A stretch of 25,685 bases of DNA from an uncultured Dehalococcoidales bacterium (GTDB taxonomy: Bacteria > Chloroflexota > Dehalococcoidia > Dehalococcoidales > BS750m-G39). Location of the stretch: NCBI GenBank assembly GCA_964533385.1, contig CAZHLO010000001.1, positions 1 to 25,685 of the forward strand. The letters run 5' to 3'. The number at the start of each line of letters is the position of its first letter. The first letter of the stretch is position 1. Positions 1-8,716 of the stretch are shown here, piece by piece. The translations under genes and the position numbers were made by a program. The notes beneath the pieces are model-generated. The model was not told the DNA's origin. It worked only from the letters and a program-made list of their open reading frames with translations, and searched no databases.

Positions 1-486
1 GTAGTATCAGATATCTTGCGTAGATTAAAACTTGTGAAACCTGAATTACGTCCACGTTATAAGCTAACGCCAAGTAAATTACGCGCGTCGGCCCGTGCTA
101 AAGAATGGTGGGAAAAACACCCGGATAAGCGAAAGTTGGTAGTTGCGCAATATGAAGCACGGCGTCCAGAAGTAAAACAAGCACGCAAGGCCAGATATAG
201 AAGTAGACTACTGAATGCCGAAGGTTCATTCACTCGGGAAGAATGGGAAACTAGAAAAATCCAATTTGGTAATCGTTGTGTTTATTGTGATCGAAAAAGC
301 AAGCGTCTAACACCAGACCACTATATCCCGCTATCGAGGGGCGGAACGAACTCTATAGATAACATTGTCCCTGCATGTCAGGACTGCAATCGGCGTAAAT
401 GGAACAAAGATCCTTCTACTTTCAAGCTTTTTCGGCGAGCACAAGAAATCTTTGCTCGATTGACACCCAAGCTCTATTCCCTATAA
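1..486 (+). CDS. HNH endonuclease (McrA-like, zinc-binding), probably 5'-truncated by the window edge
   Basis: CVYC...TPDHYIPLSRGGTNSIDNIVPACQDCNRRK is the HNH motif with two CxxC pairs, preceded by a basic helical region. The frame is open from base 1 (GTA GTA TCA GAT ATC TTG), so the TTG at 16 may not be the real start. Confidence 0.9.
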   Translation, partial: VVSDILRRLKLVKPELRPRYKLTPSKLRASARAKEWWEKHPDKRKLVVAQYEARRPEVKQARKARYRSRLLNAEGSFTREEWETRKIQFGNRCVYCDRKSKRLTPDHYIPLSRGGTNSIDNIVPACQDCNRRKWNKDPSTFKLFRRAQEIFARLTPKLYSL

Positions 487-513
487 AGATTATGTAAACT
501 TGCCTTTATATCT

Positions 514-595
514 GGGGTGTTTAAGAGGGGCTTCGCCCCTCTTTTAATTAAAATTCCCCCTCCCTTAGTAAGGGAGGGGGATTAAGGGGGTGGGT
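514..595. repeat. Double-hairpin intergenic element (REP-like or bidirectional terminator)
   Basis: Perfect stems AAGAGGGGC-TTC-GCCCCTCTT (523-543) and CCCCCTCCCTT-AGT-AAGGGAGGGGG (556-580), followed by a G-rich tail ATTAAGGGGGTGGGTT. It lies between convergent genes. Confidence 0.75.
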
Positions 596-686
596 TGTTA
601 AGAAATAAACCCCTGATGCTTTTAAAGGTATCAAACCATTTAAAAGAATTTTTAGACGCCTAGATTTTGATTACAGTGCGTCATAT

Positions 687-1814
687 TTAGACTAGCTGCG
701 TTATCCGACTCAGCGTCCGGCTGATTAGCTCCAGGAGCTTGCCTAGCCCCCACTTCCTGGTTGCCGAGATGAGTACTGTATTCTCATCTGCCTCAGTCTG
801 GTGGGAAAGATAATTTAGCGCTGCCTCCTCATCCCAATGCCGGCTATCATCCAGCAGCAGGTCGATTTTGTTTAGCGCCGTAATCCGGGGTTTATCGCTG
901 ATATCGAGTTCAGCCAGGATATCCTCTACTATTTGACATTGCGCCGCAGCATTATGTGAAGTTAAATCCACTATATGGAGGAGCATATTGGCTTCAGCCA
1001 GCTCCTCAAGGGTTGCCTTAAAGGCAGTTACAATGGTGGGCGGCAACTTTCTGATAAAGCCAACGGTATCGGTTAATAGGACTACGCTTTTATCAGGGAG
1101 GGTTAGTCGCCTGGTAGTTGAGTCCAGCGTGGCAAACAGCTTGTCCTCGACAAAGACATCAGCGTGGCTGAGAGCATTGAGCAAGGTGCTCTTGCCGGCA
1201 TTAGTATAGCCGACTATAGCAACTACAGGGATACCACTTCTCCGGCGCTGTTGACGATATAGCTGGCGGTGCTTTCTTACGTCATCAATCTGTGCCTTCA
1301 GGCGATGTATCTTTCGCTGGATGAGGCGCCTATCTGTTTCAAGCTGGGTTTCACCGGGGCCTCTGGTGCCAATACCGCCGCCAAGCCTTTCTAAATGACG
1401 CCACTGTCCGGCAAGACGCGGCAGAAGGTATTGGTGCTGAGCCAGCTCTACCTGCAATTGCCCCTCGCGGGTTCTAGCTCTCCTGGAAAAAATATCCAAG
1501 ATCAAGGCTACCCGGTCAATCACCTTTATTTGAAGGGTTTCCTCTAGATTTCGCTGCTGGAGTGGTGAAAGCTCATCATCAAAAATGGCCACGTTATACC
1601 TGGTGCTATCCTTGAGCGAGAGTAGTTCTGCCAGTTTGCCTCTGCCCAGATAGTGGGTTTTTGAGGCTCTGGGCAGGCGCTGTATGAGTCTGCCTACCAC
1701 CTTTGCCCCAGCTGTGCTGGCTAGCTGAGCCAGCTCATCTATAGAATCCTCCGCCGACCACCTATCAAAGTTTCCTTTGTTGGCTACAGCTATGAGAAAT
1801 GCCCGCTCTGGCAA
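687..1814 (-). CDS. hflX: GTPase HflX
   Basis: GKL.EL, FDDELSPLQQRNLE, GTRGPGETQLETDRR, G1 GYTNAGKS, LFATLD, DTVGFI, NKID. The start may be ATT at 1841 (see findings). Confidence 0.97.
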   Translation of the reverse strand: MPERAFLIAVANKGNFDRWSAEDSIDELAQLASTAGAKVVGRLIQRLPRASKTHYLGRGKLAELLSLKDSTRYNVAIFDDELSPLQQRNLEETLQIKVIDRVALILDIFSRRARTREGQLQVELAQHQYLLPRLAGQWRHLERLGGGIGTRGPGETQLETDRRLIQRKIHRLKAQIDDVRKHRQLYRQQRRRSGIPVVAIVGYTNAGKSTLLNALSHADVFVEDKLFATLDSTTRRLTLPDKSVVLLTDTVGFIRKLPPTIVTAFKATLEELAEANMLLHIVDLTSHNAAAQCQIVEDILAELDISDKPRITALNKIDLLLDDSRHWDEEAALNYLSHQTEADENTVLISATRKWGLGKLLELISRTLSRITQLV

Positions 1815-1859
1815 AATCCGAGTAACGATTGGTGCTTTAATAGTAACACCTCCACAACA

Positions 1860-3056
1860 TTATGTAAAGTCAATTCCCGGTTTTAGTCTTCTCTTGGTAT
1901 CACGCCAGGTTGCTAGTTGCGACAAACCTTTCACCAAGCTGGCATCGGGGACAGTTAACGATAGGCGTATATAACCCTCGCCGTGCTTGCCATAGCCTAT
2001 TCCCGGAGTAACCACTACTCCCACTCTTTCTAATAAATCGGTAGCAAATTCCACCGAGGTATAGCCCTGAGGAACCTTAGCCCAGATATACAGGGTTGCT
2101 TTGGGCGTTTGGGCTTTAAGTCCCATGTTATTCAGCACCTCAATAACCAAATCACGGCGTCTTTGATAGAGGGCGTTGTGTTCCTGTATACAATCCTGAG
2201 AGCCGGTCAAAGCCTCAATGGCGGCATATTGAATAGCCTGGGGAATGCCTGAATCCAGGTTGGATTTAAGCCTCTTCAGGGCATCTACCATAGCTGCATT
2301 ACCCACCACCATTCCTACTCGCCAGCCGGTCATATTATAGGTTTTGGATAGGGAGTGAAACTCCACCCCTATTTCCTTAGCCCCATCTGCCTGCATAAAG
2401 CTAACCGGCTGATAGCCGTCAAAGGCGACCTCAGAATACGGTCCCTCATGACAGACAGCCAAATCATGTTTTCTAGCGAATTCCACGACTCGTTTGAAGA
2501 AATCGAGGTCAGCCACGGCGCCAGTGGGGTTATTAGGATAGTTTATCCAGAGTAGCTTAGCCTTTCTCAAAATATAGGCGGGTATGGCATCTAGATCAGG
2601 CAGGAAATTGTTTTCTTCGGTGAGGGGTAGATAGTAAGGAGAACCACCGGCTAACATGGTGCTTACTGAATAAACGGGGTATGCCGGGTCAGGCACCAGG
2701 GCAATATCCCGGTAGTCAATAAAGCAAAAGGCGATATGGGCAACGCCCTCCTTGGAGCCAATAAGGGGTAACACCTCTTGGTCAGCATCGAGAGAGACGC
2801 CAAAGCGCTTTTTATACCACCCGGCTATAGCCTGGCGTAATTCCGGCAACCCTTCAGTCTCCGGGTAGCGGTGATTAGCCGGGTCTCTGGCGGCTTGACA
2901 TAGTCGCTCAATTATGTGAGCTGGCGTGGGAATATCAGGGTCGCCGGTAGCAAAGTCAACTACCTCTTCGCCCTTAGCTTTTTTATCGGCAATCTTCTTG
3001 TTGATTTCCACGAAGAGATAAGGTGGCAAATGCTCAATCCGCCTCGACATTTTCAT
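1860..3056 (-). CDS. dapL: LL-diaminopimelate aminotransferase (PLP-dependent, class I/II)
   Basis: LPPYLF N-terminus, GDPD, GSKEG, NYPNNPTG, PLP lysine in SLSKTYNMTGWRVG. Sits in an operon with dapF and has an SD (GGAGG) upstream. Confidence 0.9.
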   Translation of the reverse strand: MKMSRRIEHLPPYLFVEINKKIADKKAKGEEVVDFATGDPDIPTPAHIIERLCQAARDPANHRYPETEGLPELRQAIAGWYKKRFGVSLDADQEVLPLIGSKEGVAHIAFCFIDYRDIALVPDPAYPVYSVSTMLAGGSPYYLPLTEENNFLPDLDAIPAYILRKAKLLWINYPNNPTGAVADLDFFKRVVEFARKHDLAVCHEGPYSEVAFDGYQPVSFMQADGAKEIGVEFHSLSKTYNMTGWRVGMVVGNAAMVDALKRLKSNLDSGIPQAIQYAAIEALTGSQDCIQEHNALYQRRRDLVIEVLNNMGLKAQTPKATLYIWAKVPQGYTSVEFATDLLERVGVVVTPGIGYGKHGEGYIRLSLTVPDASLVKGLSQLATWRDTKRRLKPGIDFT

Positions 3057-3081
3057 GTATTTTGTTCCTCCAAATATGTGC

Positions 3082-3651
3082 CTAGAAAATCTCTAGTACT
3101 CTACGTTCTACTATTATATAGAAATGGTCACAACCTGCCGGTTCTGGCAATCTAAAGTAAGGTTCTGCTCTAAGAAATCTATGGATATGAACACCACTCC
3201 ATCTATTTCGTGCTAAGAGCATCCGCTCAGTATGACCGAAGTCTTTGAATTGCCCCTTGCTCAACTTCTCAGAAACAAATTCAGAAAGCCTTTTACCTAG
3301 TTCCTGTGGTGTCGGGAATTTAATCGATTGAATTACTATACTTTCCGCTGACTTTTTAACTAAATTAGCTGTCTCTTCTCTTGCCTCCTCACTTTCAAAG
3401 AATCTAGCATGCTCGATAGTGATTAACCCCCCAGTTGCAATCTCCTCAACCAAATAGTCTGGCTGCGGAGATTGGCGATTCTCAAAATCTGGCCTACCTT
3501 TAATCCTATAAGATGTATTTCTGTCCATACTAAGACACTTCATAAGGTAATCGACATCAAATCTGACGAGTTCCTCTTCCTCTTTGCGATAGTCATCTTC
3601 CTCCTGAGGAAAAGGTTGGTTTGGTTGCATATCACAGTTTAATACTCTCAT
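3082..3651 (-). CDS. Hypothetical protein, possibly PD-(D/E)xK restriction-endonuclease-like fold
   Basis: Open frame of about 190 aa. The ATG at 3651 overlaps the dapF stop (ATGA); other ATGs are at 3660 and 3630. Contains PQPDYL...IEHARF. Looks AT-richer than its neighbours by eye. Confidence 0.7.
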   Translation of the reverse strand: MRVLNCDMQPNQPFPQEEDDYRKEEEELVRFDVDYLMKCLSMDRNTSYRIKGRPDFENRQSPQPDYLVEEIATGGLITIEHARFFESEEAREETANLVKKSAESIVIQSIKFPTPQELGKRLSEFVSEKLSKGQFKDFGHTERMLLARNRWSGVHIHRFLRAEPYFRLPEPAGCDHFYIIVERRVLEIF

Positions 3652-4508
3652 TCTGGCCATTGTCCGGAAAATACGATTTCAGCCGGACCACTGAGGAATA
3701 CTTCCCCTGCCCCATCCCACTCCACACCCAGTATTCCCCCTGGTAGTTTTATGTCAACTTTACTGTTGCTGTAATCCTTTAGCTGGGCTAAAACAGCTAT
3801 GGCGCAGGCACCACTGCCACAGGCCAAAGTCTCCCCCACCCCCTTCTCCCATACCCTGGCTTCTATCTGCTTTCGGCTTATCACTTTAGCCACCTCAAAA
3901 TTTACCCGGTTGGGAAATACCCTGTGCTGTTCCACTTTTGGTCCCAATTGTGACAAGGGGAAATCAGATACTGGGTGCTGCCAGAAATAAACGGCGTGCG
4001 GATTTCCTATGGAGACGAAGCTCAAAGGTAGCTCTCTGCCGTCTACCATAACCGGATAGTTCATTATTGGTTTTACGGGCAAAGAGATATCTCCCTCCGG
4101 CTCTATCGCTAGCGGGATATCCTCAGCTCCAAATTTCGGCTCACCCATACCTACCTGAATAGCAGTTACCTTACCTCCTGCAGTATGAAGTCTGGCTTTT
4201 CTTACCCCCGATATCGTTTCCACTAATATTTCTTGAGCCTTGCTATCAGCGAATCCCTTGTGTAGGGCATATTTGACCAGGCACCTCAAGCCATTGCCAC
4301 AAGCCTCAGCCTCGGAGCCATCAGCGTTGAATACCCGCATCTGGAAGTCGGCGTTATTTGAAGGCAGCATCAGTAACAATCCGTCACTACCAACACCGAA
4401 GTGGCGGTCGCACATAGCTATCGCCAGCTGTGACCAATCGCGTTGCGCTTGCGTACCCTCCACCAGTATAAAATCGTTTCCTGCTCCCTGCACCTTGGTG
4501 AAATTCAT
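3648..4508 (-). CDS. dapF: Diaminopimelate epimerase
   Basis: FTKVQGAGNDF, CDRHFGVGSDG, NADGSEAEACGNGLRC, GNPH, ETLACGSGACA (both catalytic Cys present). Confidence 0.97.
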   Translation of the reverse strand: MNFTKVQGAGNDFILVEGTQAQRDWSQLAIAMCDRHFGVGSDGLLLMLPSNNADFQMRVFNADGSEAEACGNGLRCLVKYALHKGFADSKAQEILVETISGVRKARLHTAGGKVTAIQVGMGEPKFGAEDIPLAIEPEGDISLPVKPIMNYPVMVDGRELPLSFVSIGNPHAVYFWQHPVSDFPLSQLGPKVEQHRVFPNRVNFEVAKVISRKQIEARVWEKGVGETLACGSGACAIAVLAQLKDYSNSKVDIKLPGGILGVEWDGAGEVFLSGPAEIVFSGQWPE

Positions 4509-5431
4509 AGATTGCTGCCTCTTAAAAATCTATTCAGCGGCGCCATGATTTGTGCATCTGCCGTGCTCTGTATATCAAACCACTTTATTCTAGTATCTTG
4601 CAACTGAAACCAGGTATACTGTTGGCGGGCAAGGCGGTGGGTTTCAAACTTGATTTGCTGGATGGCGCCAGGCAGGGTTAGCTCACCTCTAAGGAAGTGG
4701 CCAATTTGCCTGTAGCCTATGCCCGACATAGCTGGCATGTTGAAATTAAAGCCTCTACTCACCAGCCGCTTGACTTCCTCAACCAAGCCCTGCTCTATCA
4801 TCCTGTCCACCCTCAAGTCAATCCGGCGATACAGCTCTTCCCTGTCGGCGGTTAGACCTATTATGAAGGTGCTAAACGGTGGTGCTTCTTTGCGCTGAAG
4901 CTGGGAAAAGGGAGTCTCGGTCTCCTGGTATACCTCAAGAGCTCTTATGGTGCGGCGCACATTGCGGGGGTCAATCCTCTGCGCTGCCAGCGGGTCAATG
5001 CTGGCGAGCTCGTCATAAAGCTCTTCCTCTCCTCCCCTGGCTGCCCTCTCCTCCAGGCTCTGCCTGAATTCGAGGTCAGGCGCCACCTGGGGTACTCCCC
5101 ACCCCTCCAGCACCGACCAGACATATTGTCCGCTACCACCCACTACTATGGGCAGCTTATCTCGCTGTTGAATGTCCCCGATAGCCTTTAAGGCTAGCTG
5201 TTGGTATTGAGCCAGACTGAAGTTCTCATCAGGACTGGCGATATCAATCAGGTGATGAGGGACAAGGGCTCGTTCCTCCGGGGTGGGTTTGGCGGTGCCG
5301 ATATCCATATAACGGTAAACTTGCCGGCTATCGGCATTGATTATCTCTCCGCCGAGAGACTGAGCTAGGCGAAGAGCCAGTCGGCTCTTGCCGACGCAGG
5401 TAGGGCCAACTATAGCCAGTAGACGGTTCAT
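4505..5431 (-). CDS. miaA: tRNA dimethylallyltransferase
   Basis: GPTCVGKS, INADSRQVYRYMDIGTAKP, PHHLID, VGGSGQY, IGYRQ. ATGA overlap with tpiA. Confidence 0.97.
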   Translation of the reverse strand: MNRLLAIVGPTCVGKSRLALRLAQSLGGEIINADSRQVYRYMDIGTAKPTPEERALVPHHLIDIASPDENFSLAQYQQLALKAIGDIQQRDKLPIVVGGSGQYVWSVLEGWGVPQVAPDLEFRQSLEERAARGGEEELYDELASIDPLAAQRIDPRNVRRTIRALEVYQETETPFSQLQRKEAPPFSTFIIGLTADREELYRRIDLRVDRMIEQGLVEEVKRLVSRGFNFNMPAMSGIGYRQIGHFLRGELTLPGAIQQIKFETHRLARQQYTWFQLQDTRIKWFDIQSTADAQIMAPLNRFLRGSNL

Positions 5432-6192
5432 CTTACCTCCTTAATCTCCGAGGTTTGTCTTACTATACTCAAGAACTCAGCTGCCTTCAAACTGGCTCCT
5501 CCGACCAGAGCACCATCTATCTCAGGCTGGCTTACAAATTCAGCAATATTATCAGCAGTTACACTGCCTCCGTAGAGGATGCGCATCTCTTGGGCAATCC
5601 TCTTACCATGTTGCCGGGAGATATACTGGCGGATAAAACCAATGGTCTCATTTGCTTGCTTACCGGTGGTTGCCCTGCCGGTGCCGATAGCCCAAATCGG
5701 CTCATAGGCTAAAATCAATTCACCGGTATAGTATATTTGGGCTGAAGGTGAGCTTAGCTGCTTGGTTAACACCTCTTGCGTCCTCCCTGCCTCGTTTTCC
5801 GCCAAACTTTCTCCAATACATAAAATGGGCTTCAGCCCAACCTTCAACGCTGCTTGGACTTTCTTATCTATAAGCTCTGTGGTCTCGTTGAAATACTGCC
5901 TGCGCTCGGAGTGGCCAATAATAACAAACTCACAAAGGTCAGCCAGCATCAGTGGCGAAATCTCTCCGGTATAAGCCCCCTTTTCCTCAAAGTATAGATT
6001 CTGTGCCCCCAGTTTTATTGAGCTCGCTTGAATCAGTTCCTTAACCGCGGCTAAGAAAACAAATGGCGGGCATATTACCTTGTCAACGTTGCCTATCCGG
6101 TCAAGCCCAGGGCGCATTTCATTGACTAAGGCTATAGCCTCGCTTAGTGTGGTATTCATCTTCCAGTTACCGGCAATTAGGGGTACGCGCAT
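5428..6192 (-). CDS. tpiA: Triosephosphate isomerase
   Basis: AGNWKMN, GAYTGEIS, IGHSERR, AYEPIWAIGTG, LYGGSV, LVGGASL. Confidence 0.98.
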   Translation of the reverse strand: MRVPLIAGNWKMNTTLSEAIALVNEMRPGLDRIGNVDKVICPPFVFLAAVKELIQASSIKLGAQNLYFEEKGAYTGEISPLMLADLCEFVIIGHSERRQYFNETTELIDKKVQAALKVGLKPILCIGESLAENEAGRTQEVLTKQLSSPSAQIYYTGELILAYEPIWAIGTGRATTGKQANETIGFIRQYISRQHGKRIAQEMRILYGGSVTADNIAEFVSQPEIDGALVGGASLKAAEFLSIVRQTSEIKEVR

Positions 6193-6201
6193 TCGATTCT
6201 C

Positions 6202-7407
6202 CTAAGCGTCGAACTTGGTCAACTTCAGAGCGTTAGCCATTGCCAGTGGCATTACCTGTGTCGCCGGGAGCCTTCCCAAACCGCCAAAAATACAGGCTTG
6301 TTCAGAAAACTCGCTTACCCTATCAGGGCGGCACCACTTAGAATAAAGAACTATGGGCAGCGGGTGCCAGCTATGTCCTTTGAGTAAAGCCGGCGTGGAA
6401 TGGTCGCCAGTAACCACAATGACATCAGGTTCAAGGCTAAGAAGGACAGGTAGAGCCTTATCAACCTCTTCTATAATGCTGACCTTGCGGTCAAAATCGC
6501 CGTCTTCGCCAGCGGAATCAGTCCCCTTTATATGTAAGAAAAAGAAGTCATAATCGGCATAGTTCTGTTTTAGAGTGGCAAACTCCTCGGGGACGGTGGC
6601 GCCAGTTTCTAGAACCTGCGTCCCGACTAACTTGGCTAACCCCCGATACATGGGATAAGCGGCAATGGCTGCTGGTTTTAATTTATAGATTTCACTCATG
6701 GTGGGGAGATGAGGTCGCTGGGAGAAGCCACGCAGCAGCACCATATTGGCGGGATGGTGCTTAGCCAGGACCATTTTGGCTCGAGCTAGGAACTTATTGG
6801 CAATAGCTGCCATTATATCAGCCTGCGGATTCAGAGCCGTAACCGCCCTTGGTGCTACTCCGGCCTGCTGGGGGTCAGAATCGCTGACCTCAGGAGCTAG
6901 CCCCCTTCCCCGAAAAACGGCGACAAAGCGGTGCTCCCTGACCGGGCAAACAAGAAGTTTTACTCCTTCTATCACTAGTCCATCAAGCAGCTGGCATAGC
7001 TCGGTGCACTTCTCAGTGGAAATACGCCCTGCCCGGCGGTCGGTGACCAGTCCGGTTTCAGCTACAGTGCAGAAGTTACCTCGGGCGGCTATATCCCCTG
7101 GCTTTAGGTCAAAATCGATCCCCATTGCCTCCAGCACCCCCCGCCCAATGCTAAACTTAAGCGGGTCATAGCCAAATAGAGCCAGATGCCCCGGGGTGCT
7201 ACCGGGGGTTATTCCCGGGCTCACCGGGTCAATGAGGCCACATATACCTTTGGTTGCTAGCTGGTCAAGGTTCGGGGTCTTGGCTGTCTCCAGCTCGGTC
7301 TTGCCTGTTTTTGGGTGGGGCAGTCCGCCCAGACCATCAATAACCACTAGCACAATCTTGGTGGGAGAAGGTCGAGAAATTCCCTTAATTAAATCTAAAT
7401 TATCCAT
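6202..7407 (-). CDS. apgM: 2,3-bisphosphoglycerate-independent phosphoglycerate mutase, archaeal-type (ApgM family)
   Basis: DGLGG, TPNLD, PGSTPGHLALFGY, HIKGTD..GEDG, TGDHSTP..HSWHP. Start chosen at ATG 7407 (MDNLDL), which overlaps the pgk stop. Confidence 0.92.
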   Translation of the reverse strand: MDNLDLIKGISRPSPTKIVLVVIDGLGGLPHPKTGKTELETAKTPNLDQLATKGICGLIDPVSPGITPGSTPGHLALFGYDPLKFSIGRGVLEAMGIDFDLKPGDIAARGNFCTVAETGLVTDRRAGRISTEKCTELCQLLDGLVIEGVKLLVCPVREHRFVAVFRGRGLAPEVSDSDPQQAGVAPRAVTALNPQADIMAAIANKFLARAKMVLAKHHPANMVLLRGFSQRPHLPTMSEIYKLKPAAIAAYPMYRGLAKLVGTQVLETGATVPEEFATLKQNYADYDFFFLHIKGTDSAGEDGDFDRKVSIIEEVDKALPVLLSLEPDVIVVTGDHSTPALLKGHSWHPLPIVLYSKWCRPDRVSEFSEQACIFGGLGRLPATQVMPLAMANALKLTKFDA

Positions 7408-8608
7408 TATAGTTAACCCCTTTATTGAGTAGCGCCTCGATACCGGGCAGTTTTTCACCGCTCAAGAATCTGAGTGAAGCCCCGCCGCCAGTAGAGACAA
7501 AGGTCATCTTATCAGCCAGTTTCATCTCAGTTACTGCCTCAGCAGTAGAGCCTCCCCCAATAATAGTGGTAGCCTTAAGATTGGCTAAGAGCCTGGCTAT
7601 GGCTTGCGTGCCCTGAGCAAATTGGGATATCTCGTATATGCCCATAGGTCCGTTCCAGAAGATTGTCTTATACCGACGTAATTCTTCGGAGAAATTACTG
7701 ATAGTCTGAGGACCGATATCCACAATTCTCCACTCTGGCGGTATTTCCCCTACTGGTACTACCTTAGCTTTAGATTCAGCACTCACTTCAGTGGCAATAA
7801 CCACATCAACCGGCAGCATCAAGCGCACCCCTCGCTGAGCTGCCTCCTTCATCAGTTTAGCCGCCAGCTCTATTTTATCATTTTCCACCAGGGACATGCC
7901 TACCCCATAGGATTTAGCCTTTAAGAAGGTGGCGGCTATGCCACCACCAATCAGAAGGCAGTCTACCTTATCCATAGTATTTCCCAACACACCTATCTTA
8001 TCACTCAGGTCCTTGGCGCCCCCGGCGAGCTCGGCGAAGGGATGGCGGGGATTGGCTAGAATGCTACCCAGGATCTTGATTTCCTTCTCCACCAGTAAGC
8101 CAGCTACTGCCGGCAGATGATTGGCAACACCCACTACCGAAGCATGAGCCCGGTGACTGGCGCCGAAGGCATCATTTACATAGATATCAGCTAAGCGGGC
8201 TAGGGCTTGAGCAAAGGAGGCGTCGTTTGCTTCTTCCTCAGGGTGAAAGCGAATATTCTCCAAGAGCAGGACATCGCCCGGTTCTAGTTTAGCCACCGCC
8301 TTTTCCACATCGGAGCCGATGCTATCGGTGACAACTTCCACTGGCTGCCTGAGAATCTGCGACAGGCGCTGGGCGACAACAGCTAATCTTAATTTTTCAA
8401 CTACCTTTCCCTTGGGTCGACCCAGATGTGAACACAGGATAACCTTAGCTTTTCGGTCAATAAGATATTTGATAGTAGGCAGTGTGGCTTGAATACGGCT
8501 ATCATCAGTAATAGTCCCGGTCTTTTCATCCAGAGGAACATTGAAGTCAACCCTTACCAAGGCCCTTTTGCCGCCAACATCTATATCCCTGATTGTCAGC
8601 TTATTCAT
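7400..8608 (-). CDS. pgk: Phosphoglycerate kinase
   Basis: VRVDFNVP, SHLGRP, LLENIRF, NDAFG..HRAHAS, WNGPMG, GGGST, STGGGASL. SD GGGAGG upstream. Confidence 0.98.
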   Translation of the reverse strand: MNKLTIRDIDVGGKRALVRVDFNVPLDEKTGTITDDSRIQATLPTIKYLIDRKAKVILCSHLGRPKGKVVEKLRLAVVAQRLSQILRQPVEVVTDSIGSDVEKAVAKLEPGDVLLLENIRFHPEEEANDASFAQALARLADIYVNDAFGASHRAHASVVGVANHLPAVAGLLVEKEIKILGSILANPRHPFAELAGGAKDLSDKIGVLGNTMDKVDCLLIGGGIAATFLKAKSYGVGMSLVENDKIELAAKLMKEAAQRGVRLMLPVDVVIATEVSAESKAKVVPVGEIPPEWRIVDIGPQTISNFSEELRRYKTIFWNGPMGIYEISQFAQGTQAIARLLANLKATTIIGGGSTAEAVTEMKLADKMTFVSTGGGASLRFLSGEKLPGIEALLNKGVNYNG

Positions 8609-8643
8609 TCCCTCCCCCTAAGTATCTATAGGCTGGAATACAA

Positions 8644-8677
8644 AAATATCAGGTGTAAGCCCAGACACCTGATATTT
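8644..8677 (-). terminator. Intrinsic terminator-like hairpin after dxs
   Basis: Perfect 13-bp stem AAATATCAGGTGT / ACACCTGATATTT with an 8-nt loop, running into TTTTTG on the minus strand. Confidence 0.65.
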
Positions 8678-8716
8678 CTAATTTGGCTTTCATTTATATG
8701 CAAAGCTTCATCTCCG

